Shown here in pieces: positions 33,472 to 34,386 of a DNA stretch of 34,386 nucleotides. This DNA is from a virus (lineage: Duplodnaviria > Caudoviricetes), in the IMG/VR virus record IMGVR_UViG_3300043173_000268, positions 1 through 34,386 of that record; one strand, 5' to 3'. Within the stretch, counting starts at the first letter, position 1; every line of letters starts with the position of its first letter. The position numbers and the translations under genes were made by a program. Under the pieces are notes generated by a model, which was given only the letters and a program-made list of their open reading frames with translations, did no database searches and had not been told where the DNA came from.

Positions 33472-33546
33472 AGCGGAGTAGAAAAATGGTAATTCGCTAG
33501 GTTCATAACCTAGATATTGCAGGTTCAAATCTTGCCTCCGCTACCA
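33472..33546 (+). tRNA. tRNA-Met (CAT), initiator-like, with encoded CCA
   Basis: Acceptor AGCGGAG/CTCCGCT-A-CCA; anticodon arm CTAGG-TTCATAA-CCTAG; T arm GCAGG-TTCAAAT-CTTGC. Confidence 0.92.
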
Positions 33547-33582
33547 ATTACAATTTTTAACAATAATAAGGAGTAAGAAAAA

Positions 33583-33798
33583 ATGAATGAACAGAGAGAG
33601 TACGATTATGTAACTATTTTTAGTTCAAATGCAGGTAAAGATGGACAGGGTACATTAAGATTTAATAATGTTACTATGTTAAACACCGTACAAGACAAAG
33701 AATACAGTTTTTCTTATGTTTCTGCAAGCACTGGGGATAAATTAACAGCCTATTTTCCAAAAAGCGTGTTTGGTATAAGTTTGCCAGAAATCAATTAA
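33583..33798 (+). CDS. hypothetical protein (71 aa)
   Basis: ORF track; AAGGAG RBS; stop overlaps the convergent gene. Confidence 0.75.
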   Translation: MNEQREYDYVTIFSSNAGKDGQGTLRFNNVTMLNTVQDKEYSFSYVSASTGDKLTAYFPKSVFGISLPEIN

Positions 33799-34058
33799 CA
33801 CCCAAGGGCATTGGCTAATAATTTCCAATGCCCGTCTTTGTCGTTCATCATTGAGTTTTCATAATTCAAACCACATCTAGGCAGTTGTTTACGTTTTATT
33901 TTAACCACCTTTGGCTTGCGTTGTGTTAAACCAGAGATTGTATTAATACCTTGGTTCATTTTATATCTAACATTGCTTATACTCCTACAAGTCAACTCAG
34001 ATAGTTTCTTTATGGTGTATTCATTTCCTTCTATTTTGTAAAATTTAAGATGGCTCAT
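33795..34058 (-). CDS. putative DNA-binding protein with one HTH-like repeat; paralogue of 10540..10923
   Basis: Y.IEG..YTIK.L...T..S...V.YKM..GI.T.SGL; SMMND..GHWKLLANAL. Confidence 0.78.
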   Translation of the reverse strand: MSHLKFYKIEGNEYTIKKLSELTCRSISNVRYKMNQGINTISGLTQRKPKVVKIKRKQLPRCGLNYENSMMNDKDGHWKLLANALGC

Positions 34059-34386
34059 TGTATTTTTTCAAAAGAAATACTGCCTTTTTCTAACATTTTT
34101 AAAATTTCCAGTTTTTGATTTTCTGAATTACTATCACTTTCAAAATTGGGAATTTCAAACGTAAGTGCCATTCCTTTTTTTGGCGGTTTGATTGTTAAAA
34201 ATACTTTGTAAGCAATTCCTGCCTCAACTCTTTTAGCCTCAATCTGAGCCAATCGTTCAGCCTCAACTCTTTTAGCCTCAATCTGAGCCAATCGTTCAGC
34301 CTCAACTCTTTTAGCCTCAATCTGAGCCAATCGTTCAGCCTCAACTCTTTTAGCCTCAATCTGAGCCAATCGTTCAGCCTCAACTC
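34055..34386 (-). CDS. 3' part of the junction-spanning coiled-coil gene that starts at 807
   Basis: EAKRVEAERLAQI repeats, then a unique C-terminus; ATGA-coupled to 33795..34058. Confidence 0.85.
   Translation of the reverse strand, partial: VEAERLAQIEAKRVEAERLAQIEAKRVEAERLAQIEAKRVEAERLAQIEAKRVEAGIAYKVFLTIKPPKKGMALTFEIPNFESDSNSENQKLEILKMLEKGSISFEKIQ
34221..34386. repeat. 39-bp tandem repeat (about 4.2 copies) at the right end
   Basis: Same unit as at 1-127. Confidence 0.97.

Noticed and set aside
33435-33560. tRNA as an attP site or prophage boundary
   Set aside because: No integrase, no duplicated tRNA 3' end and no host genes are present in the window.
1-34386. Stop-codon reassignment
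   Set aside because: Core genes are full length in the standard code; the breaks seen are frameshifts or deletions, not in-frame stops.

Overview
The window appears to be a complete or near-complete, AT-rich, lambdoid-style tailed phage genome with siphovirus-type tail genes, assembled as a circle. Bases 1-116 are identical to 34271-34386, and the break lies inside a 39-bp coding tandem repeat. The leftward early operon (5236 to 1, wrapping to 33795) carries RecT-like, YqaJ exonuclease and YopX genes. The rightward early region has HTH proteins, an HNH nuclease split at an A10 tract, an O-like initiator with four iterons, a P-like gene, a PD-(D/E)XK nuclease, a NinB-like gene and a PAPS-reductase-like gene. 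The morphogenesis module runs from TerS, PBSX-type TerL, portal, scaffold and capsid through the neck, tail tube, -1 frameshift chaperones, tape measure and tip to an S74 tail fibre, and an initiator-like tRNA-Met follows it. I recognised no integrase, CI-type repressor or intact endolysin. The most unusual feature is a family of three repeated expression cassettes. Each has a consensus sigma70 promoter with a 16-bp spacer, a conserved two-hairpin leader and RBS, an unrelated small gene and a conserved downstream element. Two cassettes are inverted around the replication module, and one sits between the O-like and P-like genes. Other points of note are a tail-terminator protein with a ~550-aa extension, several decayed gene remnants and several paralogue pairs. 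Functional calls rest on remembered motifs and gene order; no searches were run.
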